From a metagenome: 8,636 nucleotides of DNA. Each line of letters opens with the position of its first letter. The first letter of the stretch is position 1. This document shows positions 5,886 through 8,636 of the stretch, piece after piece. The stretch lies in the sequence record Ga0182078_10360018. One strand, written 5' to 3'. A model generated the notes under the pieces. It was not told the DNA's origin and searched no databases. It saw nothing but the letters and a program-made list of their open reading frames with translations. The position numbers and the translations under genes are program-made.

Positions 5886-6207
5886 CTTATTCGCGCGCCG
5901 CGGACTCTGCCGCGTCGAACTTTCGAAATCACAGCCGATTCAAAAGCAGTCAAAACCCTAACACTAAAAGTAAACATATACAAACCACTAGATACGGTAG
6001 ATAAGTAAGTTACTCGAAACATATAAGCCCAAACCACCAGAGGTCACGTATAGAACATACTTTTAAATCTATCACATGTAAATAGGGTTTAGAAATCCCA
6101 CAAAAGATAAAAGGGGTAAATAATCAATCGCAAACCGCGTTTACTTTTTCGCGACGTCGACGACGACGCGCACCGCAATCGCGCGCGCGTAGGACGGGCT
6201 GACGGAC
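5886..6207. promoter_or_regulatory. Bidirectional promoter region between the divergent BET3 and LETM1-like genes, with an AT-rich core and telo-box-like motifs
   Basis: The flanking CDSs are head-to-head. An AT-rich core lies at about 5930..6125 in an otherwise GC-rich window. AAACCCTAA is at 5953..5961 and the inverted TAGGGTTTAG is at 6083..6092. Confidence 0.5.
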
Positions 6208-8493
6208 ATGTCTCTGACGACGCAGAACCGCCCCGTCGTCGGGTCCGCCGGACGACGGCGAGAGACCCCGCTGTGTGGACGGCGGACGACGCGGACGACG
6301 CAGAGATGTCGACGTGTCCACGAGGCGACTGGTGCGCACAACGGAAATGCCGTCGAAATGGTTGCGCGGACGACGTCGACGCGCGGAGGGGAGGGGTTAT
6401 CGTTGAGCGGTCGACGAGTCAACGCGTGCGTTGTCGTCGCGCGCGATCGTTCGGGGCGAACGCTGCGGGTGCGGACGGCGGCGATTTCGTCATCGACGAG
6501 CGGTGAGGATTCTTCCTCTTCTTCAGACGAGTCGCTTCGCGGCTCGACGGAAGGAACGTTTGGGAACCCGGATTCGAGCGGGTTTTCTGACGTCACTTCG
6601 GCTGGGGCGAAACCGTTATTTACGGATCAAGACGCAAAGGAGGATGCGGCGGCACGGTTGGCGAAATTGGAGTCGTTGACGGTTTTGAGGGAGCTGTACA
6701 GCACGGTGGTGGACTGCGAGGCGAACCTCGCTGATGATTACTTTATTCGTCACGCCGATGATGAGTCAGGGGAGGAGTCTTCAAAGCTGCTCGATGGGAA
6801 GAAACTCAGTGAGTTTGCGGTGCCGAGTCCAGAGTTGGAAGAGGCTATCAGCGCGCTGGAGGAGATGTTAGAATCGATGAAGGAGCTCGAAGCGGAGAAG
6901 GACAAGTTGCGTTCGGCGGCGACGATGATGGATGGCAAGTGGGAGATTCTCTTTGAAGACGCCGATGCGGTGAGAGATCTTTTGACGCAAAAGTTTTCCG
7001 ATTGCGCCGATCGTGTGGAGGATCGTTGCAGAGAGATGAGCAACTACCTGCCGTACGAGTCGTGCGAACGTGCGGAGCGGGCACTCCAAGAGGCGCAGAG
7101 CGCCCTCGAGGCTGCGCAGGAAGACGCCGGAGAGTCCCAGGTTGGGGCTCGACTTCGTCCGCTCGGTCGTAAGGTTGGTAGAATCACTTCGAGAGGCGTT
7201 CGAAGCGCGGGTGTTTTAGGAGAGGGTCTCACGCAACTCAGAGCAAAACCTCGCGAGTCCATCGCAAACGTGGCTGAGTACTCGCAAGGGGTGTGGGCGC
7301 GTATCAACGGTCTCAGCGTGGGCGAGACTGGGGTGGTAGAAGTGTTAAAGTCATTCCCTGTGCCGCGCGTGAGCAAAGACAAGCGCGACGCGCGCATCTT
7401 GCGCTTGCTTATCGAGGTGCAGGATAGAGACAAGGCGTTGACCGAGGCGCAAAAGACGAGAGACGGCATCATGGCCCAGGGAAGGAGCTCGCTTCTCTCT
7501 CGCGTCGCCCTGGGGGACAAGATTCGTGAGTGCGACGAAAAAGTTTCGACGCTTAGACGGGTTTTCGCCGTTCGAACGCTTCAAATGGAGATGGAGCGCA
7601 TCATCTTGGCGCTCGAGGAAGAGTTGGCCACGCCTCCGGATCGCTTGTCCAAGGCGGAACTTAACGACATGCAGCTCATGGTGGCGGAGTTTGGAGTGAT
7701 GGATCTCTCCTTGCGTCGATTGATTTCTCTCGTCGATCGTCAAGAATCTCAGCTCATCGACGACGAGGATTTGTCCAAGTTGGCAATGGAAATTCCAGAC
7801 ATGAAGCTCCGCTTAGCCATCAGAGACGACAACAACGCCGCCATGTCCATGGATCTCATGCGTGAGCGTTTCGTTTTAACCATGCAAGAGTCTGGCGCTA
7901 CCATAAGAGAGGGTGGTACCTTTTTGTTCCGAGGCGTCAAGCTCCTCGGATCAGACATTGGCACGTCGTTGCGCCTCTTCATGCGCGCCGCGTTCGGCAC
8001 CACTCTGCGACCTCGCGAAGTGCAAGTTGTCCGCCGCACCTTTCTCGACGTTTTCACCTTTGTCCCTTTTATGATCATTCTGATCACTCCCATCACTCCC
8101 GTTGGTCATGTTTTGGTCTTTGGTTTCATTCAGCGTTACTTTCCGCAGCTTTTCCCGTCTCAATTTACCTCGAGACGACAAGAGCTCATGCAAAAGTACG
8201 AAGAGCTCAAGGAACAGCTCGCTGTGGCGGAAGAAGCCGCTGACGCCGCCAACGAGAGCGAAGCCCTGCGTCGGGCCGTCGCAGCGGTGAGTTCAGTCAA
8301 GAGCATGATTAGTGGCGCCGTGAGCGACGTCACTGAGCGACTGGAGTCTGCGAGCGAGCAAGTCGCCGCCGTTGACGGCGCCAAAGAACAGCAGCGTCTG
8401 GAAGCGCTTCGCACGGAGATTGATCAAACAAGCGCTCGACTAGCCGGTTCGGACGACGATGACGACGAGGAGAAGGATGATAAGAACGATTAG
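6208..8493 (+). CDS. LETM1-like domain membrane protein with a long coiled-coil N-terminal region and a probable organellar presequence
   Basis: The segment FLFRGVKLLGSDIGTSLRLFMRAAFGTTLRPREVQVVRRTFLDVFTFVPFMIILITPITPVGHVLVFGFIQRYFPQLFPSQF (nt ~7921..8170) aligns with the LETM1 core, human ..[75 protein letters not shown]. The N-terminus is rich in Arg, Thr and Ser. Glu/Leu/Ala-rich, helix-like regions flank the core. ATG is at 6208 with an alternative ATG at 6358, and the TAG stop is at 8491..8493. Confidence 0.85.
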   Translation: MSLTTQNRPVVGSAGRRRETPLCGRRTTRTTQRCRRVHEATGAHNGNAVEMVARTTSTRGGEGLSLSGRRVNACVVVARDRSGRTLRVRTAAISSSTSGEDSSSSSDESLRGSTEGTFGNPDSSGFSDVTSAGAKPLFTDQDAKEDAAARLAKLESLTVLRELYSTVVDCEANLADDYFIRHADDESGEESSKLLDGKKLSEFAVPSPELEEAISALEEMLESMKELEAEKDKLRSAATMMDGKWEILFEDADAVRDLLTQKFSDCADRVEDRCREMSNYLPYESCERAERALQEAQSALEAAQEDAGESQVGARLRPLGRKVGRITSRGVRSAGVLGEGLTQLRAKPRESIANVAEYSQGVWARINGLSVGETGVVEVLKSFPVPRVSKDKRDARILRLLIEVQDRDKALTEAQKTRDGIMAQGRSSLLSRVALGDKIRECDEKVSTLRRVFAVRTLQMEMERIILALEEELATPPDRLSKAELNDMQLMVAEFGVMDLSLRRLISLVDRQESQLIDDEDLSKLAMEIPDMKLRLAIRDDNNAAMSMDLMRERFVLTMQESGATIREGGTFLFRGVKLLGSDIGTSLRLFMRAAFGTTLRPREVQVVRRTFLDVFTFVPFMIILITPITPVGHVLVFGFIQRYFPQLFPSQFTSRRQELMQKYEELKEQLAVAEEAADAANESEALRRAVAAVSSVKSMISGAVSDVTERLESASEQVAAVDGAKEQQRLEALRTEIDQTSARLAGSDDDDDEEKDDKND

Positions 8494-8636
8494 AGCCCGG
8501 CGGTATAGAAAGTAGCCCAAACGCGCGAAAGATAGACGAACGTGCTTTTTTAAACAGAAAACGCGAGCAGCGTGCAGTGAAAATCATAACTACTCGACAA
8601 CCTGCGGACATCCTCCTCACTCGACGTTGCGCGCGA

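Noticed and set aside
6141-6596. A 151-aa minus-strand ORF overlapping the LETM1-like 5' end and promoter.
   Set aside because: It lies antisense to the Arg/Thr-rich presequence region, has no domain similarity, and would overlap the divergent promoter. It is most likely a GC-driven open frame.
8494-8636. Right-edge possibilities. A minus-strand frame is open from 8636 to a TAA at 8552..8550 (..SRATSSEEDVRRLSSSYDFHCTLLAFSV*), and the track lists ORF 8330..8620 (-).
   Set aside because: The track ORF starts at GTG and is antisense to the LETM1-like C-terminus. The 28-codon edge frame could be the tail of a convergent neighbour, but it has no homology or compositional support, so I did not call it.
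1-8636. A prokaryote-style novel system: a defence island, CRISPR array, toxin-antitoxin pair, integrase or transposase, or an operon.
   Set aside because: There are no direct-repeat and spacer arrays and no Shine-Dalgarno-linked co-directional gene cluster. All four proteins are eukaryote-specific housekeeping families (KRI1, ERG1/SQE, TRAPP Bet3, LETM1-like) in alternating orientation. The tRNA has a eukaryotic-type intron and a Pol III T-run terminator.

Overview
This window reads as compact, GC-rich, intron-poor eukaryotic nuclear DNA, not prokaryotic DNA. The likely source is a prasinophyte or Mamiellophyceae-type picoalga such as Ostreococcus. That call is an inference from composition, very short spacers, acidic/Ser/Thr trinucleotide-repeat coding and plant-type telomere-like motifs. 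Four unrelated housekeeping genes fill most of the window. They are a KRI1-like ribosome-biogenesis protein (763..3246, -), a canonical FAD squalene epoxidase (3550..5133, +), a TRAPP subunit BET3/TRAPPC3 (5241..5885, -) and a plant-type LETM1-like membrane protein (6208..8493, +). KRI1 and SQE are divergent, SQE and BET3 are convergent, and BET3 and the LETM1-like gene are divergent. An unusually long AT-rich spacer (~121..762) carries an intron-containing tRNA-Pro(CGG) on the minus strand (378..491), followed by decayed partial copies of its own 3' end and trailer. I see no CRISPR array, operon, defence or mobile-element gene set, or any other multi-gene system. The points worth a second look are small-scale: the tRNA intron, the tRNA-fragment repeats, palindromes, telo-box-like motifs, multi-frame trinucleotide repeats, the atypical LETM1-like architecture and uncertain start codons. 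Two long ORFs in the supplied track begin at GTG (3276 on the minus strand, 3427 on the plus strand). I trimmed both to the first ATG because the context is eukaryotic.
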